Of a stretch of DNA of 64,000 nt, positions 1-8,039 are shown one piece after another (position 1 is the stretch's first letter; each line of letters opens with the position of its first letter). The DNA is from an uncultured Chitinophaga sp. (GTDB taxonomy: Bacteria; Bacteroidota; Bacteroidia; Chitinophagales; LD1), in contig CAZWAD010000016.1 in the NCBI GenBank assembly GCA_964631835.1, forward strand, positions 8,297-72,296. The letters are read 5' to 3'. Under the pieces are notes generated by a model. The model saw only the letters and a program-made list of their open reading frames with translations. It searched no databases and was not told where the DNA came from. The translations under genes and the position numbers were made by a program.

Positions 1-844
1 TTTCACCGGCATTTACGTTCAGCACGGTGGCACCGGGTTCGGCTGTGGGCGAGGTACCGGCATAATACATTCCGTTGGCGGTAATGGATTCAAACAATCC
101 GCTTACAATTTTTTCGGGGTCAACGATAGATATATCAAAGTTGCCAACCTGGGCAGGCGCCAGGTTAAGGGTAACGGTTACGGTATGGGTGTTGGTGGAG
201 TCGTAAATAACGTAGTCGTTGTATTTCGATTCATCTACATTCAGCCAGATGTTTTTACCGGTGTTGCAGTATTTTACCAGCAGTTTGTAAAGTTCATTTC
301 CTTTTTTGATGCGCGCGTGATTGCCGGTGTCGCGCGCTTTAATGGCTTTGCGCTGTAGTTTCAGTTTGTTGTTGTAAGTGGTGCGTAAGCCGCGGAGTTC
401 GGTTACATCGGCAGCATCAATGCCTTCACCAGCGAGGTCGGTGAGGTGGTCTTCGGTGCTGTCGGCAAAGTCTTCCATAAAGCGCAGCAGTTCTGCATCG
501 GTGAGTTTCGACAGGGGGTTGTTTTCGGTAAACAAATGATATTGAGGGCTGTCAACGCCCCATACGTTTTCAACACCGGTAAGTACCTCGCGCACTTTTA
601 CTTCACAGTTATTGCGCGCGGTGTTTTTTTCACCGGTGGCTATTTCCTGCTGGCCCAGCAGGTAGTTATCGCCCGGCATGGCGTCAAAGTCTGCTATGGC
701 GTTTTCAAACTCTGTTTTTTTGGCCGGGGTAAATCCGTGGGCGTTAAATTCGGTGATGTCGCGGTCAATACTGTCCATTACATCTTCGCAATGTAGTGTT
801 AGCGAAGGGTCGGGCATCCGGTAATCGGGTTCTAGCTCTTTCAT
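1..844 (-). CDS. Hypothetical protein, 3'-truncated at window edge; predicted helical N-terminal region and beta-rich C-terminal region
   Basis: Absent from the ORF track. Read by hand from ATG 844-842: MKELEPDYRMPDPSLTLHCEDVMDSIDRDITEFNAHGFTPAKKTEFENAIADFDAMPGDNYLLGQQE...KGNELYKLLVKYCNTGKNIWLNVDESKYNDYVIYDSTNTHTVTVTLNLAP..., 281 codons with no stop to the edge. Confidence 0.85.
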   Translation of the reverse strand, partial: MKELEPDYRMPDPSLTLHCEDVMDSIDRDITEFNAHGFTPAKKTEFENAIADFDAMPGDNYLLGQQEIATGEKNTARNNCEVKVREVLTGVENVWGVDSPQYHLFTENNPLSKLTDAELLRFMEDFADSTEDHLTDLAGEGIDAADVTELRGLRTTYNNKLKLQRKAIKARDTGNHARIKKGNELYKLLVKYCNTGKNIWLNVDESKYNDYVIYDSTNTHTVTVTLNLAPAQVGNFDISIVDPEKIVSGLFESITANGMYYAGTSPTAEPGATVLNVNAGE

Positions 845-946
845 GTTATAATTGGGTTTGGTTAGGCAGGCAATGTAGCAAGTAAAAACAGAAAAAAGAA
901 TATTACCGGGGAGTTTTTTGAGGGTCGCAACGTAGTATTACCTGCT

Positions 947-1198
947 TTGCAGGGGTTGCGGGGCATCAGGAAAGCCCGGCATAAAAGGTTGCAGGGCTTG
1001 CGGGTTTTGGTGCAGCAGCCGCAAGGCAGAAAGAAGGAGTTGCCCTGCTCCGGGTAGTTACCGCCAGTTAGGTTGAAGCCGTTGCTACCCGCTTTGCAGC
1101 CCCCGCGACCCTCTTTGCAGGGGTTGCGAGGGGCTTTGCAGGCCTTTTTTGAGGTTTTTGGCCATTTAGCCCAAGTGCTGCTCACTCCTGAACAGCCC
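947..1198. repeat. Degenerate 21-bp-period tandem array (10 clear units 947-1156, 2 weaker units)
   Basis: TTGCAG recurs at 947, 989, 1094, 1115 and 1136, GTGCAG at 1010 and TTGAAG at 1073, all multiples of 21 apart. Consensus NNGNAGNNNYYGCNNNNNNNN. Confidence 0.85.
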
Positions 1199-1228
1199 CT
1201 GCGCCTAACCAAATTTTTGAGCTGTGCA

Positions 1229-1257
1229 ACACCAAATTTGGTGTATTTTTATAAAAA
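1229..1257. other. Two adjacent perfect palindromes
   Basis: ACACCAAATTTGGTGT (1229-1244) and TTTTTATAAAAA (1246-1257). Confidence 0.7.
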
Positions 1258-1428
1258 GGAAGGGGCAGCGGAAAACCAAAAAGCAAAACGGAAACTTTCG
1301 CTTTTTGCACCAACAGCAGGACTAAAAGCGAACCTTTTACTATGTTTAGGTTCGTATATTTATGAGTTAGGGGTAAGTTTAACGACACGACAGACAACGA
1401 TAATTAGGCAATTTAAATTCAGACAACA

Positions 1429-2028
1429 GTGCATTACCTGATAATATTACAAATTGCCGCCTGCATCTTTATCGTAGTAAAACTGCTCGAAACATTTAGT
1501 GTCAGCTTTAAAAACAAAGTAAAGGGACCCGTTTCGTTCCTTTTTATAGCTTACATGACATGGGCTTTACTCACTGGACTTTCAGGAGTATTCTTTTTTA
1601 TAAAAGTAACTTCCGACTACATTGTTGAATCTCGGCAGGACTGGCATCAAACAAACGCTACACTTACTGACATGACACCTGGTGAGCGGGTTAGGAATGA
1701 CACTGCTGAAAATATCTTAATGCTGACATATGACTATGTTCTCAATGGGACGACCTACAAAACTTCTCATGCTCATGTAGTTCCGACAGACGAATTTGTT
1801 GAAGACGAGGTGAAAAAAGTAAACGACTCTCAAAAAAACGTGAGTATTTATTACGACCGCAATAATCCCGAAGCGACAATTTTTGGAGAGTTACCATTTA
1901 GATTCGGATTAGTTGGAGCTATCTTTATAGCTCTTATCTGTTTATTTATGGCTTGGGGTGGCGGACGGATTTTGATTAGAAATTACAAGTATAACTTCGG
2001 TGCGGACGCTGATAGCACGAACCGCTAA
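1429..2028 (+). CDS. Membrane protein, DUF3592-like
   Basis: N-terminal TM helices, a soluble segment TYDYVLNGTTYKT...VSIYYDRNNPEAT, and a C-terminal TM helix; GTG start. Confidence 0.7.
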   Translation: MHYLIILQIAACIFIVVKLLETFSVSFKNKVKGPVSFLFIAYMTWALLTGLSGVFFFIKVTSDYIVESRQDWHQTNATLTDMTPGERVRNDTAENILMLTYDYVLNGTTYKTSHAHVVPTDEFVEDEVKKVNDSQKNVSIYYDRNNPEATIFGELPFRFGLVGAIFIALICLFMAWGGGRILIRNYKYNFGADADSTNR

Positions 2029-2078
2029 CATCGCATTGCCGAAAGCGCGGGTGAAGTAGTTAGTGCCCACCATCGCCC

Positions 2079-2115
2079 CGCAGAGTCTCCTTTCCGCAGG
2101 CTAGGGGCCCTGCGC
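2079..2115. repeat. REP-like imperfect inverted repeat or terminator
   Basis: CGCAGAGTCTCC...GGGCCCTGCGC between convergent genes; resembles 60341-60372. Confidence 0.4.
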
Positions 2116-2142
2116 AAAACCAACTCTATAAAAGTATCTCTT

Positions 2143-3636
2143 TCAAAAAGTAGCCGGAGTATGCAATTCTTTAGTTAGCCGGTCATACTCCGCCTGCTTA
2201 ATTTCTTCATCGCGCATCTTGCGCAAAGCGGGAGGCATTTCGTAGTGAAGTTCAGTAATAGGCCCGAGTTTTTCAAACTTCAATGCAGGGTCGTTGAGGA
2301 AATTTATTTTTCGCTTTACAGTATCGGTCAAAACAAAACCAATGGTGACCGAATTAGCATTGTTGTTCAGTTCGGGCATGGGGCGCAGGATGGAAATGGT
2401 AAGATAGTCTTCTTTGTCGCTGTTGGTGCTTATTACTGCGTCCACAAAAGTTTTACCCGTTTCCGCATCGGTCCTTTTGTTTTCCAGATACTTCACCACG
2501 GTTTTTGTAATCCATCGCCTGTAATTTTGCTCATTGATGATATACGCCAAATCAACCTGGTTTCGAGAAAGGTGAAGCTCTTTCGAAATTTCTTTCAGGT
2601 GTTTTGTCGGTTCCCGGCTTGAATAGCGGATAAAATAAAGTTCGTTGAAACCAAAGTATTTCGGAAGCAGGTTGGCAATGCGCTGAAAAAGCATTTCGGG
2701 CGAAGCGTTGTACTTTTCAAGCAGTCCGGTAATAATTTCAGGCTTCCAGGCCGGCTGCGAAAAGAAATTTTCCAAATCCTGAATCAGAAATTCTTTATTG
2801 ATGTGCAGCGCCTGCGCAAAATAAGCCGCGCGGTAATTGTTCATCACATGGTCGAAAGATTCTACCTTCAGCCACGAAGTAGTAATAGGTCGTTTAGTTA
2901 TTTTCATGTGAGCAAACCCAATCTCTTTTCCGAATAAAAATATTTTCTGCTGTGCGGTCAGGCGGCTGTTATATAAAAGAGTTGGCTGGTCGCCTTTTAC
3001 AAATGCAGAGCGAAACCCGCGCAGCTTCGGATAGTCGGAAAAGTCGGTTTCCTCAATCCGGTAGTTGAATTTTTCTTTCAGCAGTTGTTCATATTGAGAC
3101 GGTAAAACAGTTCCTGCATTTGTCAGCCCCGCTTCTTCCCTGAACTTTTCAACTGATTCTTCAATATCTTCAAAGTAGTTGTCGTTCATCTCCTGGTACG
3201 AACGCAGACAACTGAAATAGAAGTGCTCCTCCTGTAAATTATAATTACGTGCAATTTCAAATACTGAGTTGATAAGAGCCGATAGCGATGTGGGCGCGTT
3301 TGCCATCATGCTCATCAAAAGTCCTTTGTCAACCCCGAAAGTTTCAAAAAGGAAATCGTTGATAATGCGCAGGTTCAGCACCTGTACAACCGGTGTCAGG
3401 TTCTTGTTTATCTTCAGCGAAACAAGCTGGTCATAAGTGGTTTCGAGCGCTTTCGCCAGTTCAGTGATTTTATCGGGTTTCGGATATTTCTTCCCGCTTT
3501 CAATTTCGTTCATATACGAAACCGAAACGCCCGACATGTCGGAAAGCTGCTGAAGGGTGAGCTTTTTATCGGTTCTTAGTTTCTTGAGTTTGAGCCCAAA
3601 TATGATCCGGATATTTTCTTCTGTGGTTGTTTCCAT
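2143..3636 (-). CDS. XRE-family transcriptional regulator (HTH plus M78/IrrE-like domain; RamB/ScfR-like regulator of the glyoxylate shunt)
   Basis: N-terminal HTH (LKKLRTDKKLTLQQLSDMSGVSVSYMNEIESGKKYP), FLFGKEIGFAH M78-like segment, divergent from aceB. Confidence 0.85.
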   Translation of the reverse strand: METTTEENIRIIFGLKLKKLRTDKKLTLQQLSDMSGVSVSYMNEIESGKKYPKPDKITELAKALETTYDQLVSLKINKNLTPVVQVLNLRIINDFLFETFGVDKGLLMSMMANAPTSLSALINSVFEIARNYNLQEEHFYFSCLRSYQEMNDNYFEDIEESVEKFREEAGLTNAGTVLPSQYEQLLKEKFNYRIEETDFSDYPKLRGFRSAFVKGDQPTLLYNSRLTAQQKIFLFGKEIGFAHMKITKRPITTSWLKVESFDHVMNNYRAAYFAQALHINKEFLIQDLENFFSQPAWKPEIITGLLEKYNASPEMLFQRIANLLPKYFGFNELYFIRYSSREPTKHLKEISKELHLSRNQVDLAYIINEQNYRRWITKTVVKYLENKRTDAETGKTFVDAVISTNSDKEDYLTISILRPMPELNNNANSVTIGFVLTDTVKRKINFLNDPALKFEKLGPITELHYEMPPALRKMRDEEIKQAEYDRLTKELHTPATF

Positions 3637-3651
3637 CGTCTAAGTTATAAC

Positions 3652-3745
3652 AGCGAACAAAAATATAAAAAGCGAAATTTCCAACATAGCGAATATTCGC
3701 TTGTTATTTCAGAATGTTCGTTTCATATTTGCGCGAAAATTTCGA
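3652..3745. promoter_or_regulatory. Candidate operator sites (GCGAA-N2-TTCGC family) in the divergent regulator/aceB intergenic region
   Basis: Perfect 14-bp palindrome AGCGAATATTCGCT at 3688-3701; related sites AGCGAAC (3652), AGCGAAATTTCC (3671) and GCGAAAATTTCG (3733). Confidence 0.65.
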
Positions 3746-3746
3746 G

Positions 3747-5342
3747 ATGGGAACAGCAATTAATATAGAAGGCTTGGAAATTACAGCCCCAATCAGCGAT
3801 TCTTTTGCTGAAATACTTACTCCTGAGGCTTTGGCTTTCGTGGTAAAACTTCAACGCTCTTTTAACAAAAGAAGGATTGAACTGCTTGCTGCAAGAGATG
3901 AAAGACAAAAGCTGATTGACCAGGGAGAACTCCCTGATTTTCTTCCCGAAACCAAATCAGTCCGTGAAAGTGATTGGATGGCAGCTCCAATTCCCGCTGA
4001 TTTACAAGACAGAAGAGTGGAAATTACAGGGCCTGTTGACAGAAAGATGATAATCAATGCACTGAACAGCGGTGCTAAAGTTTTCATGGCTGATTTTGAA
4101 GATTCTAACTCCCCGTTCTGGAATAACAATATTGAGGGGCAAATCAATCTGCGCGATGCAATCCGTAAAACCATTTCTTTCAAAAACGAAGCAGGCAAAG
4201 AATATAAGCTTAATGAAAAAACTGCTGTGCTTATGGTTCGCCCGCGCGGCTGGCATTTGCCCGAAAAGCATGTAAAGGTAGATGGGGAAGCCATGAGCGG
4301 TTCGCTGTTCGATTTCGGTTTATACTTTTTCCATAATGTAAAACAGCTAATGGCAAACGGAACCGGTCCTTATTTCTATTTGCCGAAAATGGAATCATAC
4401 CTAGAAGCGCGCTTGTGGAACGATGCGTTTGTACTTGCACAGAATGAATTGGGAATTCCGCAGGGAACGATTAAAGCAACCGTTTTAATTGAAACCATAA
4501 CTGCCACCTTTGAGTTGCATGAAATTATTTACGAGTTGAAAGAACACATGGCGGGGTTAAACTGCGGAAGGTGGGATTACATCTTTTCGTACATCAAGAA
4601 ACTGCGTAACCTGAACGGGTTCGTTCTTCCTGACCGGGGACAAGTAACAATGGCTGTACCTTTTATGGCTGCTTACTCAAAACTTGTTATTCAAACCTGT
4701 CATAAAAGGAGGGTTCATGCCATGGGCGGAATGAGCGCTTTCATTCCTATTAAAAATAACGAAGCGGAGAACAATGCCGCTATTGAAAAAGTGCGACAGG
4801 ATAAACTGCGCGAAGTAACTAACGGACATGACGGAACCTGGGTGGCTCATCCCGGTTTGGTGAAAGTAGCCATGGATGTTTTCAACGAGCACATGCCCAC
4901 GCCTAATAACTATCACATCAAGCGCGAAGGCGAAGTTTTTACGCAGAAGGAATTGCTTGCAGTTCCTGACGGAACAATTACCGAAGCCGGATTGAGAATG
5001 AATATCAACGTAGGTATTCTGTACATCGAAAGCTGGCTGCGGGGTGTTGGCGCTGCTGCCCTTCATAACCTGATGGAAGACGCTGCTACTGCCGAAATTT
5101 CACGCACACAGGTATGGCAATGGATTAAAAACGGAAGCAAACTGGATGACGGCAGAGCAATTACTTATGAACTTTTCAGGCAAATTCTTCCGAGCGAACT
5201 GGAGAATGTGAAAGCATATGTTGGCGAAGGGGCATTCAATTCTTCAACCATGAAAAAAGCGATTGAAATTTTTGACCAGCTGGTTCAGCAGGGCGACTAC
5301 AAAGATTTTCTCACGCTTCCTGCCTACGAACTTATCAGCTAA
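3747..5342 (+). CDS. aceB: Malate synthase A
   Basis: [59 protein letters not shown]. Start set at the second Met (3747). Confidence 0.97.
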   Translation: MGTAINIEGLEITAPISDSFAEILTPEALAFVVKLQRSFNKRRIELLAARDERQKLIDQGELPDFLPETKSVRESDWMAAPIPADLQDRRVEITGPVDRKMIINALNSGAKVFMADFEDSNSPFWNNNIEGQINLRDAIRKTISFKNEAGKEYKLNEKTAVLMVRPRGWHLPEKHVKVDGEAMSGSLFDFGLYFFHNVKQLMANGTGPYFYLPKMESYLEARLWNDAFVLAQNELGIPQGTIKATVLIETITATFELHEIIYELKEHMAGLNCGRWDYIFSYIKKLRNLNGFVLPDRGQVTMAVPFMAAYSKLVIQTCHKRRVHAMGGMSAFIPIKNNEAENNAAIEKVRQDKLREVTNGHDGTWVAHPGLVKVAMDVFNEHMPTPNNYHIKREGEVFTQKELLAVPDGTITEAGLRMNINVGILYIESWLRGVGAAALHNLMEDAATAEISRTQVWQWIKNGSKLDDGRAITYELFRQILPSELENVKAYVGEGAFNSSTMKKAIEIFDQLVQQGDYKDFLTLPAYELIS

Positions 5343-5358
5343 ACATACTTAACCAGGC

Positions 5359-6453
5359 GTGGCAGCTTCTACCGAAAGAATTGTTCTTCCTAACCTGAAT
5401 GGCTTGCGCTTTCTGGCTGCATTGAGCGTAATCATTTATCATGTTTTCGGTGTAGAGGTGCTCAATGGTCATTATGGTGTGATTTTATTTTTTGTTTTGA
5501 GCGGATTCCTGATTACTTATTTGCTGCTTGCAGAACAAGACAAGACCTCTACCATCTCTATTGGTAAATTTTACGTGCGGAGGATTTTGAGAATCTGGCC
5601 GCTGTTCTACATGATTATTTTTCTCGCTGGCTTCATGATTTACTTTTTCCATACTTCTGAAACATTCAGGATGTACATTTCCAATCTGCCGTACTACATT
5701 TTCTTCCTGCCCAATTTGCTTTTTGCACTGGATAAAGGCTCACCGTTTGCTGACATTCTTTGGTCGGTAGGCTCCGAAGAACAGTTTTACCTGCTCTGGC
5801 CTTTTCTGCTTTTGTCTATTCCCAGGGCATATCTGCTGTATGCTTTGCTGCTTATTATTTTTCTTTTTACTGTTTTGCCTCATGTGCTCGACTACATCAA
5901 CAACAATAAATTTCAAAACACCCACGATACTTTGCGAGTTACTTCCGACATGATGCGCAGAATGTGTTTCAATGCCATGGCTACCGGTGCACTTCTTTCA
6001 TTCCTGTATCACACTAAAGAAAAATTTATCCGCCCGTTGTTTCACCCGGTGGTTCAGGTTACCGCTTTAGCAGTACTGCTTTTCATCTGGTTCAAAAATG
6101 TGGAGTTCCGCTTTTTTAATGATGAAATTTATGCTGTTTTCTTCGGCATTATTATTCTGAATGCGGCTATGAACCCCAGGACATTTTTTAAACTCGGACA
6201 TAAGGCGCTGGAGTACCTGGGTAAAATATCCTATGGCTTATACGTTTATCATCTCATTGTTATTTTCCTGGTGCTCCGCTATTGCTATTTCTTCGGGGCA
6301 GAGGGCGAAGTGAAAAATATTCTGGCATTAGTTTATGCGTTATCAGGAACTATTTTAATTTCAGCCATCTCTTACGAATTCTTCGAAAAGCCATTTTTGA
6401 GAATTAAGGACAGGCGGTTTACAATTATTCATTCGGGACAAAAAACCAATTAA
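5359..6453 (+). CDS. Acyltransferase family 3 (OafA/YrhL-like O-acyltransferase)
   Basis: [64 protein letters not shown]; multiple TM helices. Confidence 0.92.
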   Translation: MAASTERIVLPNLNGLRFLAALSVIIYHVFGVEVLNGHYGVILFFVLSGFLITYLLLAEQDKTSTISIGKFYVRRILRIWPLFYMIIFLAGFMIYFFHTSETFRMYISNLPYYIFFLPNLLFALDKGSPFADILWSVGSEEQFYLLWPFLLLSIPRAYLLYALLLIIFLFTVLPHVLDYINNNKFQNTHDTLRVTSDMMRRMCFNAMATGALLSFLYHTKEKFIRPLFHPVVQVTALAVLLFIWFKNVEFRFFNDEIYAVFFGIIILNAAMNPRTFFKLGHKALEYLGKISYGLYVYHLIVIFLVLRYCYFFGAEGEVKNILALVYALSGTILISAISYEFFEKPFLRIKDRRFTIIHSGQKTN

Positions 6454-6484
6454 ATTAAATATACATTCAAACAACAACAGAAAA

Positions 6485-7765
6485 ATGGCAACAAAAAAAG
6501 AAAGAGCGCTGGCATTGCGCACCGATTGGGAAACCAATCCGAGATGGAAGGGAGTAGTAAGACCGTACACGGCTGAAGAGGTCATTAATATCAGCGGTTC
6601 GGTTAAGGTGGAGTATTCTCTGGCACGTAACGGAGCCGAGAAATTATGGAAACGGCTGCACACCGATGCATGGGTAGCCGGGCTCGGAGCTCTTACCGGC
6701 AACCAGGCGGTGCAGGAAGTAACCGCAGGCATGAAAGCCATTTACCTGTCGGGCTGGCAGGTGGCTGGCGATGCAAACCTTTCGAGCGAAATGTATCCGG
6801 ATCAATCGCTTTATCCTGCCAACTCAGTACCAGCAGTAGTTAAGCGAATCAACAATGCATTAATGCGCAGAGACCAAATTGAATACCTCGATGGCGAACC
6901 TCAGCGCGACTGGATGGTTCCTATTGTAGCAGATGCCGAAGCCGGCTTTGGCGGAAACCTGAACGCCTTTGAGCTGATGAAACAAATGATTGAAGCAGGC
7001 GCTGCCGGTGTGCATTGGGAAGACCAGCTTTCTTCTGCAAAAAAATGCGGACATCTTGGTGGTAAAGTTCTTGTTCCTACTCAGGAAGCTATCAATAAAT
7101 TAGTCGCTGCGCGTTTGGCAACCGATATTTGCAATGTTCCTACTTTGGTAATTGCACGCACCGATGCCGAAGCCGCCAACCTGATTACTTCAGACATTGA
7201 CCCCCGTGATACCAAATTCCTCACCGGTGAGCGCGCACCGGAAGGATACTTTTATGTGAAAAATGGTTTGGAGCAAAGTATTGACCGTGGCTTAAGCTAT
7301 GCTCCTTATTCCGATTTGCTGTGGATGGAAACCGGCAACCCTGATTTAGGAATAGCCCGCGAGTTTGCACAGGGCATTCATGCCAAATTCCCCGGCAAGA
7401 TGCTGGCTTACAACTGTTCGCCTTCGTTTAACTGGGCTAAGTTTATGGACGAAAAACAAATGCTCACTTTCCGCGAGGACATTGCCGCCATGGGCTACAA
7501 GTTCCAGTTTATTACCCTGGCAGGTTTCCATGCACTCAACTCATCTATGTTCGAGCTTTCGAAAAACTATATGGAGCGCGGCATGGCGGGCTTCAGCCAA
7601 ATGCAGCAAAAAGAGTTTGCTATGGAAAAAGAAGGCTTTAAAGCCATCAAGCACCAGGCGTTTGTAGGCACCGGTTATTTCGATGCCGTTCAAAACGTAG
7701 TACAGCAGGGCAATTCTTCTACTACCGCGCTTGCCGGTTCTACCGAAGCCGAGCAGTTTCATTGA
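6485..7765 (+). CDS. aceA: Isocitrate lyase
   Basis: Catalytic signature [13 protein letters not shown], plus [12 protein letters not shown] and [10 protein letters not shown]. Confidence 0.98.
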   Translation: MATKKERALALRTDWETNPRWKGVVRPYTAEEVINISGSVKVEYSLARNGAEKLWKRLHTDAWVAGLGALTGNQAVQEVTAGMKAIYLSGWQVAGDANLSSEMYPDQSLYPANSVPAVVKRINNALMRRDQIEYLDGEPQRDWMVPIVADAEAGFGGNLNAFELMKQMIEAGAAGVHWEDQLSSAKKCGHLGGKVLVPTQEAINKLVAARLATDICNVPTLVIARTDAEAANLITSDIDPRDTKFLTGERAPEGYFYVKNGLEQSIDRGLSYAPYSDLLWMETGNPDLGIAREFAQGIHAKFPGKMLAYNCSPSFNWAKFMDEKQMLTFREDIAAMGYKFQFITLAGFHALNSSMFELSKNYMERGMAGFSQMQQKEFAMEKEGFKAIKHQAFVGTGYFDAVQNVVQQGNSSTTALAGSTEAEQFH

Positions 7766-7786
7766 TACTCGATTTGCTTTACCATG

Positions 7787-7819
7787 ACAAAGGCACAGGG
7801 TTTTACTTTGTGCCTTTGT
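7787..7819 (+). terminator. Intrinsic terminator-like hairpin after aceA
   Basis: ACAAAGGCACA (7787-7797) pairs with TGTGCCTTTGT (7809-7819), followed by AATTTT. Confidence 0.7.
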
Positions 7820-8039
7820 AATTTTAAGCCCTCTCCGATACCGCTCAATCGAGGTATTCTGTTTCAGAGACCCGTATAAATGGGGGGCTTCGCTTAGCCG
7901 AAACACTCAGCAGCAACATAGCCATATCGGAAAACCCCGAAGCCGGTTAGTTGTAGTTGACTATAACAGCCGCAACGGCATAATATTCAAGCACTTGAGG
8001 AATATCAGCCCCGGTAGTGCAGTTACCTCATGCTCCCGT

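Noticed and set aside
446-796. Plus-strand ORF 446-796 and other antisense or alternate-frame ORFs (e.g. 7995-8639, 9009-9419, 9510-10013, 62462-62827)
   Set aside because: They are shadows of well-supported genes on the opposite strand or in another frame, with no recognisable motifs.
947-1156. DGR variable region (minus-strand invariants are non-A; NNC/TNC/NGC codons)
   Set aside because: No reverse transcriptase or template repeat in the window, and array 2 has conserved A on both strands. Cannot be excluded for array 1 without the full genome.
862-1441. ORF-track calls 862-1212 (-), 1073-1441 (+) and 1182-1397 (-) as genuine genes
   Set aside because: They overlap the 21-bp array and each other, and their heptad patterns are explained by the DNA repeat. 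862-1212 is kept only as an alternative hypothesis in the findings.
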